Positions 28,200 through 43,800 of a stretch of 64,000 nt of DNA are shown here, one piece after another. Below the pieces are notes generated by a model. It was not told the DNA's origin, made no database searches, and worked only from the letters and a program-made list of their open reading frames with translations. The position numbers and the translations under genes were made by a program. Every line of letters begins with the position of its first letter. Within the stretch, counting starts at the first letter, position 1. The stretch lies in assembly GCF_009914755.1 (NCBI RefSeq), contig NC_060925.1. One strand, 5' to 3'. Source of the DNA: the human T2T-CHM13v2.0 reference genome, Homo sapiens.

Positions 28200-31020
28200 C
28201 TCGAATGGAATCATCTTCTAATGGAAAGGAATGGAATCATCGCATAGAATCGAATGGAATTATCATCGAATGGAATCGAATGGTATCAACACCAAACGGA
28301 AAAAAACGGAATTATCGGATGGAATCGAAGAGAATCTTCGAACGGACCCGAATGGAATCATCTAATGGAATGAAATGGAATAATCCATGGACTCGAATGC
28401 AATCATCATCGAATGGAATCGAATGGAATCATCGAATGGACTCGAATGGAATAATCATTGAACGGAATCGAATGGAATCATCATCGGATGGAAACGAATG
28501 GAATCATCATCGAATGGAAATGAAAGGAGTCATCATCTAATGGAATTGCATGGAATCATCATAAAATGGAATCGAATGGAATCAACATCAAATGGAATCA
28601 AATGGAATCATTGAACGGAATTGAATGGAATCGTCATCGAATGAATTGACTGCAATCATCCAATGGTCTCGAATGGAATCATCTTCAAATGGAATGGAAT
28701 GGAATCATCGCATAGAATCGAATGGAATTATCATCGAATGGAATCGAATGGAATCAACATCAAACGGAAAAAAACGGAATTATCGAATGGAATCGAAGAG
28801 AATCATCGAATGGACCCGAATGGAATCATCTAATGGAATGGAATGGAATAATCCATGGACTCGAATGCAATCATCATCGAATGGAATCGAATGGAATCAT
28901 CGAATGGACTCGAATGGAATAATCATTGAACGGAATCGAATGGAATCATCATCGGATGGAAATGAAAGGAGTCATCATCTAATGGAATTGCATGGAATCA
29001 TCATAAAATGGAATCGAATTGAATCAACATCAAATGGAATCAAATGGAATCATTGAACGGAATTGAATGGAATCGTCATCGAATGAATTGAATGCAATCA
29101 TCGAATGGTCTCGAATGGAATCATCTTCAAATGGAATGGAATGGAATCATCGCATAGAATCGAATGGAATTATCATCGAATGGAATCGAATGGAATCAAC
29201 ATCAAACGGAAAAATACGGAATTATCGAATGGAATCGAAGAGAATCATCGAATGGACCCGAATGGAATCATCTAATGGAATGGAATGGAATAATCCATGG
29301 ACTCGAATGCAATCATCATCGAATGGAATCGAATGGAATCATCGAATGGACTCGTATGGAATAATCATTGAACGGAATCGAATGGCATCGTCATCGGATG
29401 GAAATGAATGGAATCATCATCGAATGGAATCGAATAGAATTATGGAATGAAATCCAGTGTGATCATCATCGAATGGACCCGAATGGAATCATCATCCAAC
29501 GGAAGCTAATGGAATCAACATCGAATGAATCGAATGGAAACACCATCGAATTGAAACGAATGGAATTACCATGAAATTGAAATGGATGGACTCATCATCG
29601 AATGGATTCGAATGGAATCATCGAATAAAATTGATTGAAATCATAATCGAATGGAATCGAATGGTATCATTGAATGGAATCGAATGGAATCATCATCAGA
29701 TGGAAATGAATGGAATCGTCATAGAATGGAATCGAATGGATTCATTGAATGGAATCAGATGGAATCATCGAATGGACTGGAATGGAATCATTGAATGGAC
29801 TCGAAAGGGATCATTATTGAATGGAATTGAATGGAATCATCGAATGGTCTCGATTGGAATCATTATCAAATGGAATCGAATGGATTCACCGAATAGAATC
29901 GAATGGAACAATCATCGAATGGACTCAAATGGAATTATCCTCCAATGGAATCGAATGGAATTATCGAATGCAATCGAATGGAATTATCGAATGCAATCGA
30001 ATAGAATCATCGAATGGACTCGAATGGAATCATCGAATGGAATGGAATGGAACAGTCAATGAACTCGAATGGAATCATCATTGAATGGAATCGAATGGAA
30101 TCATCGAGTGGAATCGAATGGAATTATGATCAAATGGAATCGACTGTAATCATCATCAAATGGAATCAAAAATAACCATCATCAACTGGTATTGAATGGA
30201 ATTCTCATCAAATGGAATTCAAAGGAATCATCATCAAATGGAACTGAATGGAATCCTCATTGAATGGAAATGAAAGGGGTCATCATCTAATGGAATCGCA
30301 TGGAATCATCATCAAATGGAATCGAATGGAATCATCATCAAATGGAATCTGATGGAATCATTGAACAGAATTGAATGGAATCGTCATCGAATGAATTGAA
30401 TGTAATCATCGAATGGTCTCGAATGTAATCACATTCTAATGGAAAGGAATGGAATCATCGCATAGAATCGAATGGAATTAACATTGAATGGACTCGAATG
30501 GAATCAACATCAAACGGAATCAAGCGGAATTATCGAATGGAATCGAAGAGAATCATCGAATGGACTCGAATGGAATCATCTAATGGAATGGAATGGAATA
30601 ATCCACGGACTCGAATGCAATCATCATCGTATAGAATCGAATGGAATCATCGAATGGACTCGAATGGAATAACCATTGAACGGAATCGAATGGAATCATC
30701 ATCGGATGGAAACGAATGGAATCATCATCGAATGGAAATGAAAGGAGTCATCATCTAATGGAATTGCATGGAATCATCATAAAATGGAATCGAATGGAAT
30801 CATCATCAAATGGAATCAAATGGAAGCATTGAACGGAATTGAATGGAATCGTCATCGAATGAATTGAATGCAACCATCGAATGATCTCGAATGGAATCAT
30901 CTTCAAATGGAATGGAATGGAATCATCGCATAGAATCGAATGGAATTATCATCGAATGGAATCGAATGGTATCAACATCAAACGGAAAAAAACGGTATAA
31001 TCGAATGGAATCAAAGAGAA
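28200..31020 (+). repeat. Dispersed copy of ~12690-15505 (offset 15513)
   Basis: GGCATCGTCA at 13871/29384 and GGTATAATCG at 15481/30994. CGACTGTAA, AAGCATTG and GATCTCG are also shared. ORF pairs: 13112/28625 and 14058/29571. Confidence 0.85.
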
Positions 31021-31885
31021 TCATCGAATGGACCCGAATGGAATCATCTAATGGAAAGGAATGGAATAATCCATGGACTCGAATGCAATCATCATCGAAT
31101 GGAATCGAATGGAATCATCGAATGGACTCGAATGGAATAATCATTGAACGGAATCGAATGGAATCATCATCGGATGGAAATGAATGGAATCATCATCGAA
31201 TGGAATCGAATAGAATTATGGAATGAAATCCAGTGTGATCATCATCGAATGGACCCGAATGGAATCATCATCCAAAGGAAGCTAATGGAATCAACATCGA
31301 ATGAATCAAATGGAAACACCATCGAATTGAAACGAATGGAATTACCATGAAATTGAAATGGATGGACTCATCCTCAAATGGATTCGAATGGAATCATCGA
31401 ATAAAATTGATTGAAATCATCATCGAATGGAATCGAATGGTATCATTGAATGGAATCGAATGGAATCATCATCAGATGGAAATGAAAGGAATCGTCATAG
31501 AATGGAATCGAATGGATTCATTGAATGGAATCAGATGGAATCATCGAATGGACTGGAATGGAATCATTGAATGGACTCGAAAGGGATCATTATTGAATGG
31601 AATTGAATGGAATCATCGAATGGTCTCGATTGGAATCATTATCAAATGGAATCGAATGGAATCACCAAATAGAATCGAATGGAATAATCATCGAATGGAC
31701 TCAAATGGAATTATCCTCAAATGGAATTGAATGGAATTATCGAATGCAATCGAATGGAATTATCGAATGCAATCGAATAGAATCATCGAATGGACTCGAA
31801 TGGAATCATCGAATGGAATGGAATGGAACAGTCAATGAACTCGAATGGAATCATCATTGAATGGAATCGAATGGAATCATCGAGT

Positions 31886-34800
31886 GGAATCGAATGTAAT
31901 CATCATCAAATGGAATCAAAAATAACCATCATCAAATGGAATCAAAAATAACCATCATCAATTGGTATTGAATGGAATTCTCATCAAATGGAATTCAAAG
32001 GAATCATCATCAAATGGAACCGAATGGAATCCTCATTGAATGGAAATGAAAGGGGTCATCATCTAATGGAATCGCATGGAATCATCATCAAATGGAATCG
32101 AATGGAATCAACATCAAATGGAATCAAATGGAATCATTGAACGGAATTGAATGGAATCGTCATCGAATGAATTGAATGCAATCATCGAATGGTCTCGAAT
32201 GGAATCATCTTCAAATGGAATGGAATGGAATCATCGCATAGAATCGAATGGAATTTTCATCGAATGGAATCGAATGGAATCAACATCAAACGGAAAAAAA
32301 CGGAATTATCGAATGGAATCGAAGAGAATCACCGAATGGACCCGAATGGAATCATCTAATGGAATGGAATGGAATAATCCATGGACTCGAATGCAATCAT
32401 CATCGAATGGAATCGAATGGAATCATCGAATGGACTCGAATGGAATAATCATTGAACGGAATCGAATGGAATCATCATCGGATGGAAATGAATGGAATCA
32501 TCATCGAATGGAATCGAATAGAATTATGGAATGAAATCCAGTGTGATCATCATCGAATGGACCCGAATGGAATCATCATCCAACGGAAGCTAATGGAATC
32601 AACATCGAATGAATCAAATGGAAACACCATCGAATTGAAACGAATGGAATTACCATGAAATTGAAATGGATGGACTCATCCTCAAATGGATTCGAGTGGA
32701 ATCATCGAATAAAATTGATTGAAATCATCATCGAATGGAATCGAATGGTATCATTGAATGGAATCGAATGGAATCATCATCAGATGGAAATGAAAGGAAT
32801 CGTCATAGAATGGAATCGAATGGATTCATTGAATGGAATCAGATGGAATCATTGAATGGACTGTAATGGAATCATTGAATGGACTCGAAAGGGATCATTA
32901 TTGAATGGAATTGAATGGAATCATCGAATGGTCTCGATTGGAATCATTATCAAATGGAATCGAATGGAATCACCGAATATAATCGAATGGAACAATCATC
33001 GAATGGACTCAAATGGAATTATCCTCTAATGGAATTGAATGGAATTATCGAATGCAATCGAATGGAATTATCGAATGCAATCGAATAGAATCATCGAATG
33101 GACTCGAATGGAATCATCGAATGGAATGGAATGGAACAGTCAATGAACTCGAATGGAATCATCATTGAATGGAATCGAATGGAATCATCGAGTGGAATCG
33201 AATGTAATCATCATCAAATGGAATCAAAAATAACCATCATCAAATGGAATCAAAAATAACCATCATCAATTGGTATTGAATGGAATTCTCATCAAATGGA
33301 ATTCAAAGGAATCATCATCAAATGGAACCGAATGGAATCCTCATTTAATGGAAATGAAAGGGGTCATCATCTAATGGAATCGCAAGGAATCATCATAAAA
33401 TGGAATCGAATGGAATCAACATCAAATGGAATCAAATGGAATCATTGAACGGAATTGAATGGAATCGTCATCGAATGAATTGAAAGCAATCATCGAATGG
33501 TCTCGAATGGAATCATCTTCAAATGGAATGGAATGGAATCATCGCATAGAATCGAAAGGAATTATCATCGAATGGAATCGAATGGAATCAACACCAAACG
33601 GAAAAAAACGGAATTATCGAATGGAATCGAAGAGAATCATCGAATGGACCCGAATGGAATCATCTAATGGAATGGAATGGAATAATCCATGGACTCGAAT
33701 GCAATCATCATCGAATGGAATCGAATGGAATCATCCAATGGACTCGAATGGAATAATCATTGAACGGAATCGAATGGAATCATCATCGGATGGAAATGAA
33801 TGGAATCATCATCGAATGGAATCGAATAGAATTATGGAATGAAATCCAGTGTGATCATCATCGAATGGACCCGAATGGAATCATCATCCAACGGATGCTA
33901 ATGGAATCAACATCGAATGAATTAAATGGAAACACCATCGAATTGAAACGAATGGAATTACCATGAAATTGAAATGGATGGACTCATCATCGAATGGATT
34001 CGAAAGGAATCATCGAATAAAATTGATTGAAATCATCATCGAATGGAATCGAATGGTATCATTGAATGGAATCGAATGGAATCATCATCAGATGGAAATG
34101 AATGGAATCGTCATAGAATGGAATCGAATGGATTCATTGAATGGAATCAGGTGGAATCATCGAATGGACTGGAATGGAATCATTGAATGGACTCGAAAGA
34201 GATCATGATTGAATGGAATTGAATAGAATCATCGAATGGTCTCGATTGGAATCATTATCAAATGGAATCGAATGGAATCACCGAATAGAATCGAATGGAA
34301 CAATCATCGAATGGACTCAAATGGAATTATCCTCCAATGGAATCGAATGGAATTATCGAATGCAATCGAATGGAATTATCGAATGCAATCGAATAGAATC
34401 ATCGAATGGACTCGAATGGAATCATCGAATGGAATGGAATGGAACAGTCAATGAACTCGAATGGAATCATCATTGAATGGAATCATCGAGTGGAATCGAA
34501 AGGAATTATGATCAAATGGAATCGAACGTAATCATCATCAAATGGAATCAAAAATAACCATCATCAATTGGTATTGAATGGAATTGTCATCAAATGGAAT
34601 TCAAAGGAATCATCATCAAATGGAACCGAATGGAATCCTCATTGAATGGAAATGAAAGGGGTCATCATCTAATGGAATCGCATGGAATCATCATCAAATG
34701 GAATCGAATGGAATCATCATCAAATGGAATCTAATGGAATCATTGAAAAGAATTGAAGGGAGTCGTCATCAAATGAATTGAATGCAATCATCGAATGGTC

Positions 34801-37800
34801 TCGAATGGAATCATCTTCTAATGGAAAGGACTGGAATCATCGCATAGAATCGAATGGAATTATCATCGAATGGAATCGAATGGTATCAACACCAAACGGA
34901 AAAAAACGGAATTATCGAATGGAATCGAAGAGAATCTTCGAACGGACCCGAATGGAATCATCTAATGGAATGGAATGGAATAATCCATGGACTCGAATGC
35001 AATCATCATCGAATGGAATCGAATGGAATCATCGAATGGACTCGAATGGAATAATCATTGAACGGAATCGAATGGAATCATCATCGGATGGAAACGAATG
35101 GAATCATCATCGAATGGAAATGTAAGGAGTCATCATCTAATGGAATTGCATGGAATCATCATAAAATGGAATCGAATGGAATCAACATCAAATGGAATCA
35201 AATGGAATAATTGAACGGAATTGAATGGAATCGTCATCGAATGAATTGAATGCAATCATCGAATGGTCTCGAATGGAATCATCTTCAAATGGAATGGAAT
35301 GGAATCATCGCATAGAATCGAATGGAATTATCATCGAATGGAATCGAATGGAATCAACATCAAACAGAAAAAAACGGAATTATCGAATGGAATCGAAGAG
35401 AATCATCGAATGGACCCGAATGGAATCATCTAATAGAATGGAATGGAATAATCCATGGACTCGAATGCAATCATCATCGAATGGAATCGAATGGAATCAT
35501 CGAATGGACTCGAATGGAATAATCATTGAACGGAATCGAATGGAATCATCATCGGATGGAAATGAATGGAATCATCATCGAATGGAATCGAATAGAATTA
35601 TGGAATGAAATCCAGTGTGATCATCATCGAATGGACCCGAATGGAATCATCATCCAACGGAAGCTAATGGAATCAACATCGAATGAATCGAATGGAAACA
35701 CCATCGAATTGAAACGAATGGAATTATCATGAAATTGAAATGGATGGACTCATCATCGAATGGATTCGAATGGAATCATCGAATAAAATTGATTGAAATC
35801 ATCATCGAATGGTATCGAATGGTATCATTGAATGGAATCGAATGGAATCATCATCAGATGGAAATGAATGGAATCGTCATAGAATGGAATCGAATGGATT
35901 CATTGAATGGAATCAGATGGAATCATCGAATGGACTGGAATGGAATCATTGAATGGACTCGAAAGGGATCATTATTGAATGGAATTGAATGGAATCATTG
36001 AATGGTCTCGATTGGAATCATTATCAAATGGAATCGAATGGAATCACCGAATAGAATCGAATGGAACAATCATCGAATGGACTCAAATGGAATTATCCTC
36101 AAATGGAATCGAATGGAATTATCGAATGCAATCGAATGGAATTATCGAATGCAATCGAATAGAATCATCGAATGGACTCGAATGGAATCATCGAATGGAA
36201 TGGAATGGAACAGTCAATGAACTCGAATGGAATCATCATTGAATGGAATCGAATGGAATCATCGAGTGGAATCGAATGGAATTATGATCAAATGGAATCG
36301 AATGTAATCATCATCAAATGGAATCAAAAATAACCATCATCAAATGGAATCAAAAATAACCATCATCAATTGGTATTGAATGGAATTCTCATCAAATGGA
36401 ATTCAAAGGAATCATCATCAAATGGAACCGAATGGAATCCTCATTGAATGGAAATGAAAGGGGTCATCATCTAATGGAATCGCATGGAATCATCATCAAA
36501 TGGAATCGAATGGAATCAACATCAAATGGAATCAAATGGAATCATTGAACAGAATTGAATGGAATCGTCATCGAATGAATTGAATGCAATCATCGAATGG
36601 TCTCGAATGGAATCATCTTCAAATGGAATGGAATGGAATCATCGCATAGAATCGAATGGAATTTTCATCGAATGGAATCGAATGGAATCAACATCAAACG
36701 GAAAAAAACGGAATTATCGAATGGAATCGAAGAGAATCACCGAATGGACCCGAATGGAATCATCTAATGGAATGGAATGGAATAATCCATGGACTCGAAT
36801 GCAATCATCATCGAATGGAATCGAATGGAATCATCGAATGGACTCGAATGGAATAATCATTGAACGGAATCGAATGGAATCATCATCGGATGGAAATGAA
36901 TGGAATCATCATCGAATGGAATCGAATAGAATTATGGAATGAAATCCAGTGTGATCATCATCGAATGGACCCGAATGGAATCATCATCCAACGGAAGCTA
37001 ATGGAATCAACATCGAATGAATCAAATGGAAACACCATCGAATTGAAACGAATGGAATTACCATGAAATTGAAATGGATGGACTCATCCTCAAATGGATT
37101 CGAGTGGAATCATCGAATAAAATTGATTGAAATCATCATCGAATGGAATCGAATGGTATCATTGAATGGAATCGAATGGAATCATCATCAGATGGAAATG
37201 AAAGGAATCGTCATAGAATGGAATCGAATGGATTCATTGAATGGAATCAGATGGAATCATTGAATGGACTGGAATGGAATCATTGAATGGACTCGAAAGG
37301 GATCATTATTGAATGGAATTGAATGGAATCATCGAATGGTCTCGATTGGAATCATTATCAAATGGAATCGAATGGAATCACCGAATATAATCGAATGGAA
37401 CAATCATCGAATGGACTCAAATGGAATTATCCTCTAATGGAATTGAATGGAATTATCGAATGCAATCGAATGGAATTATCGAATGCAATCGAATAGAATC
37501 ATCGAATGGACTCGAATGGAATCATCGAATGGAATGGAATGGAACAGTCAATGAACTCGAATGGAATCATCATTGAATGGAATCGAATGGAATCATCGAG
37601 TGGAATCGAATGTAATCATCATCAAATGGAATCAAAAATAACCATCATCAAATGGAATCAAAAATAACCATCATCAATTGGTATTGAATGGAATTCTCAT
37701 CAAATGGAATTCAAAGGAATCATCATCAAATGGAACCGAATGGAATCCTCATTGAATGGAAATGAAAGGGGTCATCATCTAATGGAATCGCAAGGAATCA

Positions 37801-40800
37801 TCATAAAATGGAATCGAATGGAATCAACATCAAATGGAATCAAATGGAATCATTGAACGGAATTGAATGGAATCGTCATCGAATGAATTGAAAGCAATCA
37901 TCGAATGGTCTCGAATGGAATCATCTTCAAATGGAATGGAATGGAATCATCGCATAGAATCGAAAGGAATTATCATCGAATGGAATCGAATGGAATCAAC
38001 ACCAAACGGAAAAAAACGGAATTATCGAATGGAATCGAAGAGAATCATCGAATGGACCCGAATGGAATCATCTAATGGAATGGAATGGAATAATCCATGG
38101 ACTCGAATGCAATCATCATCGAATGGAATCGAATGGAATCATCCAATGGACTCGAATGGAATAATCATTGAACGGAATCGAATGGAATCATCATCGGATG
38201 GAAATGAATGGAATCATCATCGAATGGAATCGAATAGAATTATGGAATGAAATCCAGTGTGATCATCATCGAATGGACCCGAATGGAATCATCATCCAAC
38301 GGATGCTAATGGAATCAACATCGAATGAATTAAATGGAAACACCATCGAATTGAAACGAATGGAATTACCATGAAATTGAAATGGATGGACTCATCATCG
38401 AATGGATTCGAAAGGAATCATCGAATAAAATTGATTGAAATCATCATCGAATGGAATCGAATGGTATCATTGAATGGAATCGAATGGAATCATCATCAGA
38501 TGGAAATGAATGGAATCGTCATAGAATGGAATCGAATGGATTCATTGAATGGAATCAGGTGGAATCATCGAATGGACTGGAATGGAATCATTGAATGGAC
38601 TCGAAAGAGATCATGATTGAATGGAATTGAATAGAATCATCGAATGGTCTCGATTGGAATCATTATCAAATGGAATCGAATGGAATCACCGAATAGAATC
38701 GAATGGAACAATCATCGAATGGACTCAAATGGAATTATCCTCCAATGGAATCGAATGGAATTATCGAATGCAATCGAATGGAATTATCGAATGCAATCGA
38801 ATAGAATCATCGAATGGACTCGAATGGAATCATCGAATGGAATGGAATGGAACAGTCAATGAACTCGAATGGAATCATCATTGAATGGAATCATCGAGTG
38901 GAATCGAAAGGAATTATGATCAAATGGAATCGAACGTAATCATCATCAAATGGAATCAAAAATAACCATCATCAATTGGTATTGAATGGAATTGTCATCA
39001 AATGGAATTCAAAGGAATCATCATCAAATGGAACCGAATGGAATCCTCATTGAATGGAAATGAAAGGGGTCATCATCTAATGGAATCGCATGGAATCATC
39101 ATCAAATGGAATCGAATGGAATCATCATCAAATGGAATCTAATGGAATCATTGAAAAGAATTGAAGGGAGTCGTCATCAAATGAATTGAATGCAATCATC
39201 GAATGGTCTCGAATGGAATCATCTTCTAATGGAAAGGACTGGAATCATCGCATAGAATCGAATGGAATTATCATCGAATGGAATCGAATGGTATCAACAC
39301 CAAACGGAAAAAAACGGAATTATCGAATGGAATCGAAGAGAATCTTCGAACGGACCTGAATGGAATCATCTAATGGAATGGAATGGAATAATCCATGGAC
39401 TCGAATGCAATCATCATCGAATGGAATCGAATGGAATCATCGAATGGACTCGAATGGAATAATCATTGAACGGAATCGAATGGAATCATCATCGGATGGA
39501 AACGAATGGAATCATCATCGAATGGAAATGTAAGGAGTCATCATCTAATGGAATTGCATGGAATCATCATAAAATGGAATCGAATGGAATCAACATCAAA
39601 TGGAATCAAATGGAATAATTGAACGGAATTGAATGGAATCGTCATCGAATGAATTGAATGCAATCATCGAATGGTCTCGAATGGAATCATCTTCAAATGG
39701 AATGGAATGGAATCATCGCATAGAATCGAATGGAATTATCATCGAATGGAATCGAATGGAATCAACATCAAACAGAAAAAAACGGAATTATCGAATGGAA
39801 TCGAAGAGAATCATCGAATGGACCCGAATGGAATCATCTAATAGAATGGAATGGAATAATCCATGGACTCGAATGCAATCATCATCGAATGGAATCGAAT
39901 GGAATCATCGAATGGACTCGAATGGAATAATCATTGAACGGAATCGAATGGAATCATCATCGGATGGAAATGAATGGAATCATCATCGAATGGAATCGAA
40001 TAGAATTATGGAATGAAATCCAGTGTGATCATCATCGAATGGACCCGAATGGAATCATCATCCAACGGAAGCTAATGGAATCAACATCGAATGAATCGAA
40101 TGGAAACACCATCGAATTGAAACGAATGGAATTATCATGAAATTGAAATGGATGGACTCATCATCGAATGGATTCGAATGGAATCATCGAATAAAATTGA
40201 TTGAAATCATCATCGAATGGTATCGAATGGTATCATTGAATGGAATCGAATGGAATCATCATCAGATGGAAATGAATGGAATCGTCATAGAATGGAATCG
40301 AATGGATTCATTGAATGGAATCAGATGGAATCATCGAATGGACTGGAATGGAATCATTGAATGGACTCGAAAGGGATCATTATTGAATGGAATTGAATGG
40401 AATCATTGAATGGTCTCGATTGGAATCATTATCAAATGGAATCGAATGGAATCACCGAATAGAATCGAATGGAACAATCATCGAATGGACTCAAATGGAA
40501 TTATCCTCAAATGGAATCGAATGGAATTATCGAATGCAATCGAATGGAATTATCGAATGCAATCGAATAGAATCATCGAATGGACTCGAATGGAATCATC
40601 GAATGGAATGGAATGGAACAGTCAATGAACTCGAATGGAATCATCATTGAATGGAATCGAATGGAATCATCGAGTGGAATCGAATGGAATTATGATCAAA
40701 TGGAATCGAATGTAATCATCATCAAATGGAATCAAAAATAACCATCATCAAATGGAATCAAAAATAACCATCATCAATTGGTATTGAATGGAATTCTCAT

Positions 40801-43800
40801 CAAATGGAATTCAAAGGAATCATCATCAAATGGAACCGAATGGAATCCTCATTGAATGGAAATGAAAGGGGTCATCATCTAATGGAATCGCATGGAATCA
40901 TCATCAAATGGAATCGAATGGAATCAACATCAAATGGAATCAAATGGAATCATTGAACAGAATTGAATGGAATCGTCATCGAATGAATTGAATGCAATCA
41001 TCGAATGGTCTCGAATGGAATCATCTTCAAATGGAATGGAATGGAATCATCGCATAGAATCGAATGGAATTTTCATCGAATGGAATCGAATGGAATCAAC
41101 ATCAAACGGAAAAAAACGGAATTATCGAATGGAATCGAAGAGAATCACCGAATGGACCCGAATGGAATCATCTAATGGAATGGAATGGAATAATCCATGG
41201 ACTCGAATGCAATCATCATCGAATGGAATCGAATGGAATCATCGAATGGACTCGAATGGAATAATCATTGAACGGAATCGAATGGAATCATCATCGGATG
41301 GAAATGAATGGAATCATCATCGAATGGAATCGAATAGAATTATGGAATGAAATCCAGTGTGATCATCATCGAATGGACCCGAATGGAATCATCATCCAAC
41401 GGAAGCTAATGGAATCAACATCGAATGAATCAAATGGAAACACCATCGAATTGAAACGAATGGAATTACCATGAAATTGAAATGGATGGACTCATCCTCA
41501 AATGGATTCGAGTGGAATCATCGAATAAAATTGATTGAAATCATCATCGAATGGAATCGAATGGTATCATTGAATGGAATCGAATGGAATCATCATCAGA
41601 TGGAAATGAAAGGAATCGTCATAGAATGGAATCGAATGGATTCATTGAATGGAATCAGATGGAATCATTGAATGGACTGGAATGGAATCATTGAATGGAC
41701 TCGAAAGGGATCATTATTGAATGGAATTGAATGGAATCATCGAATGGTCTCGATTGGAATCATTATCAAATGGAATCGAATGGAATCACCGAATATAATC
41801 GAATGGAACAATCATCGAATGGACTCAAATGGAATTATCCTCTAATGGAATTGAATGGAATTATCGAATGCAATCGAATGGAATTATCGAATGCAATCGA
41901 ATAGAATCATCGAATGGACTCGAATGGAATCATCGAATGGAATGGAATGGAACAGTCAATGAACTCGAATGGAATCATCATTGAATGGAATCGAATGGAA
42001 TCATCGAGTGGAATCGAATGTAATCATCATCAAATGGAATCAAAAATAACCATCATCAAATGGAATCAAAAATAACCATCATCAATTGGTATTGAATGGA
42101 ATTCTCATCAAATGGAATTCAAAGGAATCATCATCAAATGGAACCGAATGGAATCCTCATTGAATGGAAATGAAAGGGGTCATCATCTAATGGAATCGCA
42201 AGGAATCATCATAAAATGGAATCGAATGGAATCAACATCAAATGGAATCAAATGGAATCATTGAACGGAATTGAATGGAATCGTCATCGAATGAATTGAA
42301 AGCAATCATCGAATGGTCTCGAATGGAATCATCTTCAAATGGAATGGAATGGAATCATCGCATAGAATCGAAAGGAATTATCATCGAATGGAATCGAATG
42401 GAATCAACACCAAACGGAAAAAAACGGAATTATCGAATGGAATCGAAGAGAATCATCGAATGGACCCGAATGGAATCATCTAATGGAATGGAATGGAATA
42501 ATCCATGGACTCGAATGCAATCATCATCGAATGGAATCGAATGGAATCATCCAATGGACTCGAATGGAATAATCATTGAACGGAATCGAATGGAATCATC
42601 ATCGGATGGAAATGAATGGAATCATCATCGAATGGAATCGAATAGAATTATGGAATGAAATCCAGTGTGATCATCATCGAATGGACCCGAATGGAATCAT
42701 CATCCAACGGATGCTAATGGAATCAACATCGAATGAATTAAATGGAAACACCATCGAATTGAAACGAATGGAATTACCATGAAATTGAAATGGATGGACT
42801 CATCATCGAATGGATTCGAAAGGAATCATCGAATAAAATTGATTGAAATCATCATCGAATGGAATCGAATGGTATCATTGAATGGAATCGAATGGAATCA
42901 TCATCAGATGGAAATGAATGGAATCGTCATAGAATGGAATCGAATGGATTCATTGAATGGAATCAGATGGAATCATCGAATGGACTGGAATGGAATCATT
43001 GAATGGACTCGAAAGAGATCATGATTGAATGGAATTGAATAGAATCATCGAATGGTCTCGATTGGAATCATTATCAAATGGAATCGAATGGAATCACCGA
43101 ATAGAATCGAATGGAACAATCATCGAATGGACTCAAATGGAATTATCCTCCAATGGAATCGAATGGAATTATCGAATGCAATCGAACGGAATTATCGAAT
43201 GCAATCGAATAGAATCATCGAATGGACTCGAATGGAATCATCGAATGGAATGGAATGGAACAGTCAATGAACTCGAATGGAATCATCATTGAATGGAATC
43301 ATCGAGTGGAATCGAAAGGAATTATGATCAAATGGAATCGAACGTAATCATCATCAAATGGAATCAAAAATAACCATCATCAATTGGTATTGAATGGAAT
43401 TGTCATCAAATGGAATTCAAAGGAATCATCATCAAATGGAACCGAATGGAATCCTCATTGAATGGAAATGAAAGGGGTCATCATCTAATGGAATCGCATG
43501 GAATCATCATCAAATGGAATCGAATGGAATCATCATCAAATGGAATCTAATGGAATCATTGAAAAGAATTGAAGGGAGTCGTCATCAAATGAATTGAATG
43601 CAATCATCGAATGGTCTCGAATGGAATCATCTTCTAATGGAAAGGACTGGAATCATCGCATAGAATCGAATGGAATTATCATCGAATGGAATCGAATGGT
43701 ATCAACACCAAACGGAAAAAAACGGAATTATCGAATGGAATCGAAGAGAATCTTCGAACGGACCCGAATGGAATCATCTAATGGAATGGAATGGAATAAT

